64,000 bases of DNA, from assembly GCA_963736115.1 (NCBI GenBank), contig CAVTNR010000012.1, positions 1-64,000 on the forward strand. The letters run 5' to 3'. Below, piece by piece: positions 52,024 through 62,900 of this stretch. The DNA is from an uncultured bacterium. Its GTDB lineage: Bacteria; Zhuqueibacterota; QNDG01; DTFT01. A model generated the notes under the pieces. That model saw only the letters and a program-made list of their open reading frames with translations, made no database searches and was not told the origin of the DNA. Each line of letters starts with the position of its first letter. The stretch's first letter is position 1. The translations under genes were made by a program, and so were the position numbers.

Positions 52024-52743
52024 ATGATCGACCTCTCCATTATCATCCCCGTCTGGAACGAGCGCGGGAAAATCGGACGGGACATCGAAGCCGCGGCCGA
52101 TTTCTTCAGGCGTGGACGGATTACGGGTGAACTGATCATATCGGACGACGGCAGTACGGACGGCACCGCGGACGCGGCCGAATGCGCAGGCCGTTCCGCA
52201 GGTGTACGGATGAAGGTTCTCCGGCTGCCGCATCGCGGGAAGGGAAACGCCGTACGCTCCGGCATGCTCGCCTCGACCGGACACGTCGCTGGTTTTATGG
52301 ACAGCGGACTGTGCATCCCGTTTGAGGACGCGTGGAAAGGCATCGGGTGGATATTATCCGGGAAATGCGAACTTGCGCATGCGTCCAGAAGACTACGGGA
52401 GAGCGTCATCATCCACCCCGGCAGGAAAAGCCGCAGGCTCGCGTCCGCCTTGTTCGGGTCAGCGGCAGGACTGCTCTTCGACATTCCAACCGGCCTGACC
52501 GACACCCAGGCGGGATGCAAGTTCTATAGGGGCGATACCGGCCGCGCATTATACACAACCTGCCGTTCGAACGGCTTTATGTTCGACCTGGAAATACTGG
52601 TCATGGCCAAAAGAGCCGGTTACCGGGTTCTCGAATTTCCGGTTCATTGGACTTCGGATCCAGACAGCCGGCTGTCCCTTGTCCGTTCCTTACCAAACCT
52701 TGTTTCTGAAAGTATTGCGCTCATAAGAAGGACAGGGAAATGA
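52024..52743 (+). CDS. GT2 glycosyltransferase, dolichyl-phosphate beta-glucosyltransferase-like (ORF extends in frame to 51877)
   Basis: LSIIIPVWNE; SDDGSTDGT; GKGNAVRSGM; DTQAGCKFY; GFMFDLE. Confidence 0.88.
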   Translation: MIDLSIIIPVWNERGKIGRDIEAAADFFRRGRITGELIISDDGSTDGTADAAECAGRSAGVRMKVLRLPHRGKGNAVRSGMLASTGHVAGFMDSGLCIPFEDAWKGIGWILSGKCELAHASRRLRESVIIHPGRKSRRLASALFGSAAGLLFDIPTGLTDTQAGCKFYRGDTGRALYTTCRSNGFMFDLEILVMAKRAGYRVLEFPVHWTSDPDSRLSLVRSLPNLVSESIALIRRTGK

Positions 52744-52746
52744 AAT

Positions 52747-52795
52747 GTTCCGAGTTCCGAGTTCCGAGTTCCGAGTTCCGAGTTCCGAGTTCCGA
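52747..52795. repeat. Heptanucleotide tandem repeat (GTTCCGA)x7
   Basis: Seven perfect copies directly after the GT2 stop codon. Confidence 0.95.
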
Positions 52796-53035
52796 GTTGG
52801 AAATCTGATAACCCGGACCGAAGGCTTGATCCGGGCGTAGCTCCCAGAAACTCCACCCGGATAATGCATTGTTTTTATTTAAAATGGCAGAAGCGTGTCG
52901 CGCTTTTAATGTAGTGTATGAATCGCATAGGACACCAGCCATTAACTGTTCCAATTACACTTAAAATAATGATAAAATAAAGAAAGGCTCCGATAGGGTA
53001 ATAACCTACTGGAGCCTTCCTGATTTACAAGTCGT

Positions 53036-53776
53036 TTATTTTAAATATTTTACAATATCCAGGTTCAATTCCTTCAGCCCCTCCGCCGCCAGCCTGGCCA
53101 TCTCCATTGCACCCTTTTTCGTAAAATGCGTATTGTCTTGTTTTCCTTCTGGATACATCTCATAAACACCTTGACTCACCCACAGGTACAACTCCTTGGA
53201 CTTTTCCGGACCGAGGGACAATACGAGATCTTCTGACTTGAGCTGCATGTCCACAAATGGCACATCCAGCTCCCTGGCCACCTCCCTCATGACAAACGGG
53301 TATGCTCCATGCGCATCCTCGAGGGTTCCGCTTTCGTTGAATTTTCTCCGCACAATGGGCGAAAAAAGAACGGGATTCGCGCCTTTCCGGCGGGATTCGG
53401 TCACGTACCGGATCAGGTTCCGCCTGTAACCGGTGTATGGATTCGTGTACCGGGTGGAATCCGTGATTTTTGCGTCATTATGCCCGAACTGAATGAAGAC
53501 ATAGTCGCCTTTTTTCAGATGGACGAGTACGGAATCCCAACGGCCTTCGCGGATGAAGCTCTTCGTGCTGCGTCCGTTGACCGCATGGTTGCGGACATCC
53601 ACCCGCTCCGAGAAGAATGCCGGAAGCATCTGACCCCATCCCCTTTCAGGATTATTACCGGGGTCCGGCTTGTCCGCCATAGTCGAATCGCCGATCAGGT
53701 GGATGGCGATGCGCCCGCTGGGCCCGGAGGCGGCGAATACCGGAAGGAGCAGAAACAGGACAGCGTATTTTTTCAT
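53036..53776 (-). CDS. SGNH/GDSL esterase, rhamnogalacturonan acetylesterase (CE12)-like
   Basis: IGDST; GWGQ; NGRSTKSF; QFGHND; DNTH. Confidence 0.92.
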   Translation of the reverse strand: MKKYAVLFLLLPVFAASGPSGRIAIHLIGDSTMADKPDPGNNPERGWGQMLPAFFSERVDVRNHAVNGRSTKSFIREGRWDSVLVHLKKGDYVFIQFGHNDAKITDSTRYTNPYTGYRRNLIRYVTESRRKGANPVLFSPIVRRKFNESGTLEDAHGAYPFVMREVARELDVPFVDMQLKSEDLVLSLGPEKSKELYLWVSQGVYEMYPEGKQDNTHFTKKGAMEMARLAAEGLKELNLDIVKYLK

Positions 53777-53810
53777 GTTGAAGACCTCTTGATGATGCAT
53801 TCTGTAATTA

Positions 53811-53851
53811 AAAAAAAACAGCCTGCCCGCTTTTGACGGACAGGCTGCTTT
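53811..53851 (-). terminator. Rho-independent terminator after the repeat-protein gene
   Basis: CAGCCTGCCCG/CGGACAGGCTG hairpin with a long T-run on the minus strand. Confidence 0.75.
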
Positions 53852-53911
53852 CGATGCTTCAAGATGCAACTTCTATCAGGAGAGGAACCTGATAGTCACG
53901 CAAGCCGGGCA

Positions 53912-56900
53912 TTACTTCATCAGCACGGCTTTTTTCACGCTCGTGAATTCGCCCGCCTTCAGCCGGATGATGTACGTGCCGGAGGAAAGCTTCGACGCGT
54001 CGAACACGACTTTATGCACGCCGGCGCCGAACTTGCCGATGGCCAGTTCCGCGGCCACCCGTCCCGCCATGTCGTACACGATCAGGCTGACTTCGCTGCT
54101 CTTGGGCAGTGCGAACGAAATCGTGGTGGTCGGGTTGAACGGGTTCGGGTAGTTCTGCACCATGGCGTAGGTCTTCGGAACCGAGCCGGCCGAGGGTTCC
54201 ATCTCGACTGCCGTCACCCAATCCGGAAGCGCGATGGGATCGCCCATGTCGACCTGAATGTCGCGCAGGGCCATTCCCGTGGTCGTCCCGTTGTTGACGC
54301 CGAAGGCCACGCAGTTGAAGAGCTCCGTGGTGACCGGGCTGTGGGAGTCAATGTTCTTGGACACGAACATATAACTGCTGTCCGCATTGACCACACTGAC
54401 CCGCACCTCGACGGTGCCGTCCGCCTGGGGCTGTACCGAGAGGGCGAAATCATAAACGCCCGCACCCGCCACCGCGCCCGCGGGAACCTGCGCCGCGCTG
54501 CCGAGCACATAGTCATTGGCGCCGTTGGTGCTGATCCACGGACGGTCGACGACCGCGCCGATCGTTCCGGACAGACCGATGCCCTGCCATGCCACAGTCG
54601 TGTTGGTTCCGCTCGGGGGCAGGAAGAGGTAACCGGAATGATGATTCTCGGTTCCCGTCCACTTCGTCTCCTCGGCCGGTGTCGCGTCCACCTGTCCCGC
54701 GCTGTCGCTGTGGAACACGCCGAAACGCAGGCTCGCCCAGCTTTCGAAACCGCCGCCCGTGAATTCCATCTTGCCGGTGACGATGAGCGCCTTTTCAACC
54801 GTGGGCGTCACCGGTTCCGGGAATCCGCCGCGCAGAACGGCCCAGCCCGTCGCCGGAGCCGTGCCCGAAATGGTGGCATTTCCCTCGAAGTCCTCGGGAA
54901 TGAACGTGAATCCGCCCGTGCGGTCGCCGATGAAACCCCACTGACTGACATAGAAGGGCTCCCACGGGGCCGTCGGAACGACGAACGGTTCGCCCATGTC
55001 CACCTGGACTGCGTAAAAATTGACCTGGGTGGCTCCCTGGTCGGTGTTGAAACCGAACGAAACAGCGTTGAACTTCTTCGTCACGGCGGACGTGTCGATC
55101 ACCGTGCCGCCGTACCAGTACTTGTTGTCCTGCTCCACCATGTACCAGCGGAGCTCGTTGGTTCCGTCATCCAGCGGCTGGACGCAGATACCCCAGTTGT
55201 AGAGGCCCGCCACCATCTCCGCGTTGCGCGGAGCCTGGTAGGTGGTTCCGAAAGCCGGGCCGCCATTGGAGTTCGTGCTGTTCCAGTTGCCGTTTTTCAC
55301 GATGCCCTCGGTGCCCACGCCCCAGGCGCCGTTCGAAACGATGCCCGTGCCGCTCCTCGGACAGAACTCGTAGCCGAAATGCTTGGTCAGAACGGCATCC
55401 TTCCACTTCGCGGAGTCCGTGTACTGATATTGAAGCGTGGTGCTGTCCTGATAGGTCAGTGAGTACCGGAAATGCGTGTATCCGGCTCCGCCGCCGCCGC
55501 CCACCAGCTCCATCTGGCCGGTGACGATGAACGCCTTCGAGGTGGTCGCCTCGACCGCGTCAAATCCGCCGCGGATCGAGGACCAGCCCGTCGGACGCGC
55601 GCCGTTGCCGATGCCCGCGTCTCCGTCCAGATACGTCGCGTCGTTCATGATCGGCCAGTTCACGGCGTTCGGGTTCTTGCCCCACTGATTCACGTAGAAG
55701 GGCTCCCACGGCGCTTCCGGAACCGTGATCGGTTCGCCCATGTCCACCTGCACCGCGTAGAAATTGACCTGGGTGGCGTTCTGGTCGCTGTTGAATCCGA
55801 ACGAAACGGCGTTGAACTTCGCCGTCACCGCGGTCGTGTCGATCATCGTGCCGCCGTACCAGTACTTGTTGCCTGTTTCAACCATGTACCAGCGGATCTC
55901 ATTGCCCCCGCCGGCCAGCGGCTGAACCGACATCGCCCAGTTGTAAACGCCCGCCACCATCTCCGCATTGCGCGGAGCCTGGTAGGTCGTCGAAAGGGCC
56001 GGCCCGCCGTTGGAGTTCGTGCTGTTCCAGTTGCCGTTCTTCAGAATGCCCTCGGTGCCCACGCCCCAGGCGCCGTTCGATACGGTGCCCGTGCCGCTCC
56101 TCGGACAGAACTCGTAGCCGAAATGCTTCGTCAATACGGCATCCTTCCACTTCGCGGAGTCCGTATTCTGATACTGAAGCGTGGTGCTGTCGATGTAGGA
56201 CAGCGCGTACCGCAGATGCGTGTACCCTGATTCGCCGCCGCCGCCCACCAGCTCCATCTGGCCGGTGACGATGAACGCCTTCGACAGCGTCGCCTCGACC
56301 GCGTCGAATCCGCCGCGGATCGAGGACCAGCCGGTCGGCTTAACGCCGTTCCCGATGCCCGCGTCGCCGTCGAGGAACGTCGCGTCGTTCAGAATCGGCC
56401 AGTTCACGGCGTTCGGGTTCTTGCCCCACTGATTCACGTAGAAGGGCTCCCACGGCGCTTCCGGAACCGTGATCGGTTCGCCGAGCGCAACCTGGACGTC
56501 ATTGAAATTGACCTGGGTGGCGTTCTGATCGTTGTTGAATCCGAACGAAACGGCATTGAACCTCGCCGTCACCGCGGTCGTGTCGATCATCGTGCCGCCG
56601 TACCAGTACTTGTTGCCTGTTTCAACCATGTACCAGCGGATCTCATTGCCACCGCCGGCCAGCGGCTGAACCGACATCGCCCAGTTGTAAACACCCGCCA
56701 CCATCTCCGCATTGCGCGGAGCCTGGTAGGTTGTCGAAAGGGCCGGGCCGCCGTTGGAGTTCGTGCTGTTCCAGTTGCCGTTCTTCACGATGCCCTCGGT
56801 GCCCACGCCCCAGGCGCCGTTCGATACGGTGCCCGTGCCGCTCCTCGGACAGAACTCGTAGCCGAAATGCTTCAGAACGCCGGTTTCCACCCACTTCGCG

Positions 56901-57742
56901 GTGTCCGTGTTCTGATGGGTCAGCGCGGTGCTGTCGATGAAGGACAGCGCATAGCGCAGATGCGTGTAGCCTGATTCGCCGCCGCCGCCCACCAGCTCCA
57001 TCTGGCCGGTGATGACGAACGCCTGATCCTCGCTCGCAGTTAACGGCGCGAATCCGCCGCGGATCGAAGACCAGCCGGTCGGCTTAACGCCGTTGCCGAT
57101 GCCCGCGTCTCCGGCCTGGGTCGCGGCCGTGTTCAGAATCGGCCACGCCATCGCGTTGCCGTTCTTGCCCCATTGCGACACGAAATTGGCCGCCGCAGGC
57201 CTCGACACCGCGATGTCATCGATGTAAACCGTCGGTGTGGCTGCTTCATTGCCAGCCTTGAAAAGAATCTGGATGCCGATGCGATCGAGGGGAAGGGCCA
57301 CATCGGTTTCCACGGTCTTGGCAAGCGCGGTCCACGCGTCCCCCGTCAGATCCGAGCCGTTGATCCAGATGCTGTTCCAGGTCCAGCTTGCCCCGGTCTG
57401 CCAGAAGAGCTGAACGCCGTTGACCTTGTCCTTGTCGGCCGCGGAGACCCAGATCTGGAAACTGAACTGGTCACCCTTCTGAAAATCCTCATAGACGTCG
57501 TTCTGCAGATTGATCTCCAGGCCGCTGGCGGGCTTCGTCAGTTTCACCGACTGCGCCCCGACCGCGGCTTTTTCAGCGGTCAGCGCGATGGCCGAACCGT
57601 CTCCGCCCACGCCCCAATCCTCCAGGGCGGATTCGAAGCCCCACGTCTTCACGGGCGTCATCGTCTGCGCCTGTGCCGCAATCCCGCCCAACAGCAGGAA
57701 CGCGGCGACAACAGCGATCCACCCCATTGCTGTTTTTCTCAT
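53912..57742 (-). CDS. Large secreted protein: CBM-like N-domain, four 248-aa repeats, T9SS-type C-terminal domain
   Basis: Signal peptide; (F/Y)V.QWG repeat starts spaced 744 nt apart; QNYPNPFNPTT...KAVLMK. Confidence 0.9.
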   Translation of the reverse strand: MRKTAMGWIAVVAAFLLLGGIAAQAQTMTPVKTWGFESALEDWGVGGDGSAIALTAEKAAVGAQSVKLTKPASGLEINLQNDVYEDFQKGDQFSFQIWVSAADKDKVNGVQLFWQTGASWTWNSIWINGSDLTGDAWTALAKTVETDVALPLDRIGIQILFKAGNEAATPTVYIDDIAVSRPAAANFVSQWGKNGNAMAWPILNTAATQAGDAGIGNGVKPTGWSSIRGGFAPLTASEDQAFVITGQMELVGGGGESGYTHLRYALSFIDSTALTHQNTDTAKWVETGVLKHFGYEFCPRSGTGTVSNGAWGVGTEGIVKNGNWNSTNSNGGPALSTTYQAPRNAEMVAGVYNWAMSVQPLAGGGNEIRWYMVETGNKYWYGGTMIDTTAVTARFNAVSFGFNNDQNATQVNFNDVQVALGEPITVPEAPWEPFYVNQWGKNPNAVNWPILNDATFLDGDAGIGNGVKPTGWSSIRGGFDAVEATLSKAFIVTGQMELVGGGGESGYTHLRYALSYIDSTTLQYQNTDSAKWKDAVLTKHFGYEFCPRSGTGTVSNGAWGVGTEGILKNGNWNSTNSNGGPALSTTYQAPRNAEMVAGVYNWAMSVQPLAGGGNEIRWYMVETGNKYWYGGTMIDTTAVTAKFNAVSFGFNSDQNATQVNFYAVQVDMGEPITVPEAPWEPFYVNQWGKNPNAVNWPIMNDATYLDGDAGIGNGARPTGWSSIRGGFDAVEATTSKAFIVTGQMELVGGGGGAGYTHFRYSLTYQDSTTLQYQYTDSAKWKDAVLTKHFGYEFCPRSGTGIVSNGAWGVGTEGIVKNGNWNSTNSNGGPAFGTTYQAPRNAEMVAGLYNWGICVQPLDDGTNELRWYMVEQDNKYWYGGTVIDTSAVTKKFNAVSFGFNTDQGATQVNFYAVQVDMGEPFVVPTAPWEPFYVSQWGFIGDRTGGFTFIPEDFEGNATISGTAPATGWAVLRGGFPEPVTPTVEKALIVTGKMEFTGGGFESWASLRFGVFHSDSAGQVDATPAEETKWTGTENHHSGYLFLPPSGTNTTVAWQGIGLSGTIGAVVDRPWISTNGANDYVLGSAAQVPAGAVAGAGVYDFALSVQPQADGTVEVRVSVVNADSSYMFVSKNIDSHSPVTTELFNCVAFGVNNGTTTGMALRDIQVDMGDPIALPDWVTAVEMEPSAGSVPKTYAMVQNYPNPFNPTTTISFALPKSSEVSLIVYDMAGRVAAELAIGKFGAGVHKVVFDASKLSSGTYIIRLKAGEFTSVKKAVLMK

Positions 57743-57947
57743 CTTCCCACTCCTTTCCTCTGAATCAGATGTACGTCAAAGCAGGAAATCCAAAACGGAT
57801 ACGGCTGAACCGGGATCACCTCCTCTCCTGTCGTATCAGTGAATGGTTTCTGCTGTTAATCCTTCCGCGAAAAAACCGCTCATCCCGTCCCGGCCGGGGT
57901 CTTTCCGAAAGCCACCGAAGCCGGGAAGGGATGAAGCGAAAAAACCG

Positions 57948-59816
57948 CTATTTCATAAGTACAAGCTTGCGCGTGATCGAAACATCCCCGGACTGCAATT
58001 TATAGAAGTACACGCCGCCGGCCAGCCCAGATCCGTCGAATGTGGCCGCATACTTGCCGGCCTGCCGGATTCCGTCGAACAGAACGGCGATCTCCTGCCC
58101 GAGCGAGTTGAACACCTTCAATGACACGTGACCGGCCGACGGGACCGAATACGCGATCCGCGTCACGGGATTGAACGGGTTGGGATAATTCTGGTTCAGA
58201 CTGAAGTCGCCGGGTTTCCGGCTGTCGGGTCTGTCCTTGACCGCGGTGATACCGTTTTCCAGCCAGTTTGCGATCTGCGTCCGCTCCGCGTCCGCCTGGG
58301 CCAGCCACGCGGTGTAATGATCCGTGGCGCCTTCCCGGACGGCCGGGTTCCACCAGTGGTAGAGGTCGCCGAGCGGGAATCCGCTCATGCCCGCGGCCTT
58401 GAGGGTCTCGTTCGTATAGGCCAGATTCTCCGGCAGCGGCCACTGGTGCGCGAATCCGGCTTCGGGCATGTACGCCCACATGGAATCCAGGTTGGTGTCC
58501 CATTTTTCCGCGAGGAAGTACTTGAGCGGCTCCAGATTCAGCGGAGCCGTGATGAATCCGGGATCGATCGCGTCTCTCAGCACGGTGACGTCGTACAGAT
58601 CCCTCTTGTTGATGAAGGGGAACGCCTTCGCCGTTCCACCGCCCTCGAGGGCGACGGTTGAATCAAAAAATGAGGTCGTCACGCTGTCCATCATCGCGCG
58701 CGGGTAGGGGATGGACGAGAAATCACGCGCCTTGTACAGGGCGACGCTGTAGGGATTTCCCTTGGAGGTGATTCCGGGATCCGGCCGCCAAGCGGTGTTT
58801 CCGTAATTCTTCTCCCAGCCGCCCCGCATCCAGTCGACCAGCCAGGTGTCTATGTAGTAGGCGCTGTGCGTGAACAGGATGCGACGGTCCTGATCCGTGA
58901 ACGGAACTTCAAACGCGATCGAATCCGCGGGTGTGAGGATCACCGTGGCGCCGGCATCGCCCTGCGCCGGAATGTACCCCAGCATATAGGCGTTCACGAA
59001 AAGGCAGTTGTTCACGTTGAGCTTGTACCACCAGCCGGCTTCCAGGGAGAACATCACGACATTGTAGAAGGTGCAGTGATTGAAATGAACGTTATCCGAA
59101 TAGTTGTTGGATTCCTGCATCAGCACGTATCCCATATTCGAAAACGTGCAGTTTTCGAAGGAGATATTGTCCGTGTGATAGCCCGGAACGTCGAACGGGA
59201 AGGAAACGGCCCTTCCGTAGTACATGTAATGCCGGTCCACGCAGTTCCGGAACCAGCAGTTTTTGAAACTGCCGTTGAACCGCTTGCTCCTGATACAGAC
59301 CGACCCGGAGGCGGTCACGGCCGGACAGGGCATCCATTCGAAAATGCAGTTTTCGAAAGTGCCGTACTGGGGGACGAGCCCGTCCACATCGCCGTCGAAC
59401 ACGATCGGCGTGCCGGTCTGAATGCCCGCGGCGTCCGCGAACCGGATCCAGATGTTTTTCATGATCAGGTCGCCGAAAACATCGATGAAGAAGTTCTTTG
59501 TCACGCTGGTGCTGGCCGTCCACAGGATCTGGGGCGGGGCGGTCTGCTGGGTGTTTCCGGCGGGCGGGGCGACGATTTCGAGGGTCTGGCCCGCGGGCAC
59601 TTCGATGGTGCCGGTCATCACATACCAGTCGTAATGATTCAGCTTGAATACGGTGTTGGACAGGGTGCCGGCATCGATGGCCGCCTGAACCGCCGTGTTC
59701 AGTTCTCCTTCTACTCCGCCGGTATACATGCCCTTGACAGCAACCGTATCCTTCTGGGCGTAAAGGGATACGGACAACAGCATTGCAGATATCAGGGAAA
59801 CGACGATCCGTTTCAT
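57948..59816 (-). CDS. Secreted beta-helix-like protein with T9SS-type C-terminal domain
   Basis: Signal peptide; FENCIF/FKNCWF/FENCTF/FNHCTF/VNNCLF repeats; QNYPNPFNP...KLVLMK. Confidence 0.8.
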   Translation of the reverse strand: MKRIVVSLISAMLLSVSLYAQKDTVAVKGMYTGGVEGELNTAVQAAIDAGTLSNTVFKLNHYDWYVMTGTIEVPAGQTLEIVAPPAGNTQQTAPPQILWTASTSVTKNFFIDVFGDLIMKNIWIRFADAAGIQTGTPIVFDGDVDGLVPQYGTFENCIFEWMPCPAVTASGSVCIRSKRFNGSFKNCWFRNCVDRHYMYYGRAVSFPFDVPGYHTDNISFENCTFSNMGYVLMQESNNYSDNVHFNHCTFYNVVMFSLEAGWWYKLNVNNCLFVNAYMLGYIPAQGDAGATVILTPADSIAFEVPFTDQDRRILFTHSAYYIDTWLVDWMRGGWEKNYGNTAWRPDPGITSKGNPYSVALYKARDFSSIPYPRAMMDSVTTSFFDSTVALEGGGTAKAFPFINKRDLYDVTVLRDAIDPGFITAPLNLEPLKYFLAEKWDTNLDSMWAYMPEAGFAHQWPLPENLAYTNETLKAAGMSGFPLGDLYHWWNPAVREGATDHYTAWLAQADAERTQIANWLENGITAVKDRPDSRKPGDFSLNQNYPNPFNPVTRIAYSVPSAGHVSLKVFNSLGQEIAVLFDGIRQAGKYAATFDGSGLAGGVYFYKLQSGDVSITRKLVLMK

Positions 59817-59924
59817 GATTCTGCCTCCTTCGTGGTTAATGAGTGTAATTGATTTTTATTTTCAATTGCCAGCCGCCGCCGGACCGACGGCCCGCCGGAT
59901 GCCTCACTCCGGACGGAACCCGGC

Positions 59925-62900
59925 TCACTGCCGGATCCGGATCCCGAGGTTGCCGGTCAAACCGTAATGCTTGACGTTCGTGAAGCCGTCGATGGATCTC
60001 TGCGCCGACTCGTTCTTCCGGTTGTTGAGATTGTTCACGTCGAGATAGACCTCCATGCCGAGGAACGGCAGGGTCTGCCTTACAGAGGCGTCGATGCGGA
60101 AATAATCCCGCGTATACCCATCCTGCTCCGCAAAGGCGCCCACGTAACTGACGGAGTTGCCCTGGAACAGGAAGGACACGCGCGCCGAGAACCCCTTGAT
60201 TTCATATCCGGCGTACGCGTTCAGCAGATCGTTCGGCTGATACAGCAGGCGGCCTTCGCGCGTGCTGTCAGTCGTCGTGGTGACCGGCGGACGGGTCGAG
60301 TAATCGGTCCGCTCGTCGCGCAGGGGATACGTGGCTTCCGATTCGATCTTGGTGTAGTTGATTCCGAACAACAGCCCGTCCAGCCCGTAGGGCAGATACC
60401 AGAGCCGGGTCTGAAAGTCCACTTCAAAGCCCTTCACGCGGGCCGCATAGGGGCTGTTGATATAGGTGTACAGCGTGGCCCCGTCCTCGGGTTTGCTGCC
60501 CATGATGTTGAAGTCGTTAATCGTCTTGATGTCCTTTGAAACCGCCGTTTTATGGAGGATATAGGTGGTGTAGTAGGTGAAATCCTCAATGGTCTTGTAG
60601 AATCCGCCCACGGTGAAAAGACCCAGCTTGTTGCTGTGCGTGGTCAGGATCAGGTCGTGGTTATAGGCATGCGCCGGCTTCAGATTCGGATTTCCGGCCC
60701 GGATGTTCTTCCTGGGGTTGTCATAGGTGATCTTGGGGGACATCTGGTGATAGTCGGGTCTGGCCAGGGTCTGCGTATACGCGTAACGCACGTCGAACCA
60801 GTCGAACGGCGCGAACTTGGCCTGCACCATGGGAAGCCAGAATTCGCTGTTCGGATGGGCGACGACCGTATCGCAGTTCTGCGAATCCGGGTTGCGCATA
60901 TCGTACATGTTGAAGGCTTTGTATTTCGATTCCGTTCTCTCATAACGGGCGCCGCCGACCAGCATGACTTTCTTGAAGTTGAGTTCAGACATCAGATATG
61001 TGGCATAGTAGTCTTCGTCGTACCGGTAGGTATTCGCCAGTTGCTGGAACATGCCGTTGTACCATCCGCCCGTCTGATCCGCTCCGCCGGTGGCTTTCCC
61101 GGCCCATTGCGGGGATCCGGACAGATATCTGGCCATGTCGGTCGGAATCCGGGGATCGCTCGCCCAGAAAATACTTCCGAACTGATCGTCCAGGAAGGGC
61201 CGGGTGAGCTCCGAACCGCCAATGAAATTCGATCCCGCGAACTTGGCCGTCGCCGGATCGACCGCGACCCCGAACCGCTGCGAGAGATCATTGACCATGG
61301 CCGTCTGGAACTCGCCGCTGGACCGGATGCTCGCGTAGGGCGTCTGCTGATCGTTGCTGTTTTTCTGGAACCGGTACACGCCGCCGACTTTCAGGAATCC
61401 CGAAAGGGCCGAACTCAGGTTGAACGGGAATTTCAGGTTCGAGTAAAAGGCCGTATTGTTCTCTTTATAGAGGGAGCTGAACAAATTGATGTTGTCGAGG
61501 TACACCAGGTCGGCGCCCGGATAGGCCCACAGTTTCTTCAGGCTGTCGGGAATGGTATTCGATGTGACGGGGCCCGTGGTCACCTGGCCGGTCTTGAATT
61601 CGACAAACGGGGATTCGGGCAGGCTATTTTTGGAGGAGGCGTGCGAGGCCTTCAGGTCGAATGAAAACCGCTTGAAATCGTTCTTCCACTCGATCGAATT
61701 CATGGTCAGGTCGGTGGTGTTGACGCCCTCGCGGTACGTGAAGTTCAGTTGCTTGTCGAAATAATTCAGGACCGTGCGGTTGTCCTGGAAATCGGACTTG
61801 AGCCGCGTGGCCATATTCACGGACTTGATGGTGCCGGACGGCAGTTTGTAATCGAATATCAGGTTGCCGCCCATGCGGTTGCGGGTTTCAAGATGCCGGT
61901 TGAGCGGCACCTGGGTCACGCTGACAGGCCGGTAACCCGTGGCCGGATCGACATTCTTGCTGTCCGTCTTGTAGTTGGCGCTCATATTGTCGTCGTCCCG
62001 GTCGTATTTCTCGATATTCCCCAGAAAATAGACGCCGAGCTTGTCCTCGAAAAACCGCTTGCTGACGGATCCGACCGTTCTGAAATTGCCGTAGTTTTCG
62101 GTTTTGTCGGTGTAACCGGACTGCCACAGGAGGTCGTAATGCAGTTCCGACGGCGCTTCGCGCAGTTCCATGTTCACCGATCCGCCGATGGAGTTGGCGT
62201 CCATGTCCGGCGTCAGGGATTTGAAGACGGAGATGGATTTGATCATATACGGAGAGACCATGGTGAGGTCGACGCTGCGGTCATTGGAGAGGTTCCCCGC
62301 GGTGTTGCCCAGGGCCGACACGCCCATCTGGGTGCTCCCCGTGGATGTGAGCTTGACACCCTCGACGGTCACCAGGTTGAACTGGGGCGCCAGCCCGCGG
62401 ATGACGATTTTATTCGCCTCGCCCGAACTTTCAAGAGTCGAAACACCCGGCAGGCGGCTGATGGCCTGCGCGGCATTGAAGTCCGGAAGCTCCTGTATTC
62501 TCGCCTCGCCGACCATGCTGGCGATTTTGTCCGATGACAGCTGGAGGTTGATGCCCTGCATCTGGCCCAGGGCCTGGGCGCTGACCTCGACCGGCTTGCC
62601 CTGGATAGCGACGGATTGAAGGGCGAAATCCTTCTGCACCGTGCCGTCCTCCGGAACGTTCAGCACAACGGTCATGGAAGTGTATCCGATGAAGGAGACA
62701 ACCAGCGTCCGCTCGCCTTCCGGCACATTGGATATCGTGAAGGCGCCGTTCAAATCAGTGGCGGCCCCGAGGCTGGTTCCCCTGACAAAGACATTCGCGC
62801 CCGGAAGCGCATCCTTGCTCTCCCTGGCAGTCACTTTTCCCCGGATGGTTCCGGCTGACAGAACGGAATGGAAGGCCGTCAGTAAAACAATTCCCGCCAG

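Noticed and set aside
52747-52795. Possible CRISPR array
   Set aside because: Pure 7-bp tandem repeat with no spacers and no cas genes.
53864-55462. Long antisense ORFs (also 31573-32832, 12376-13725, 3911-5194)
   Set aside because: Typical high-GC shadow ORFs opposite well-supported genes.
54215-57190. DGR template/variable repeat pair
   Set aside because: Repeats are in-frame whole domains, differences are not evidently adenine-specific, and no reverse transcriptase is present.
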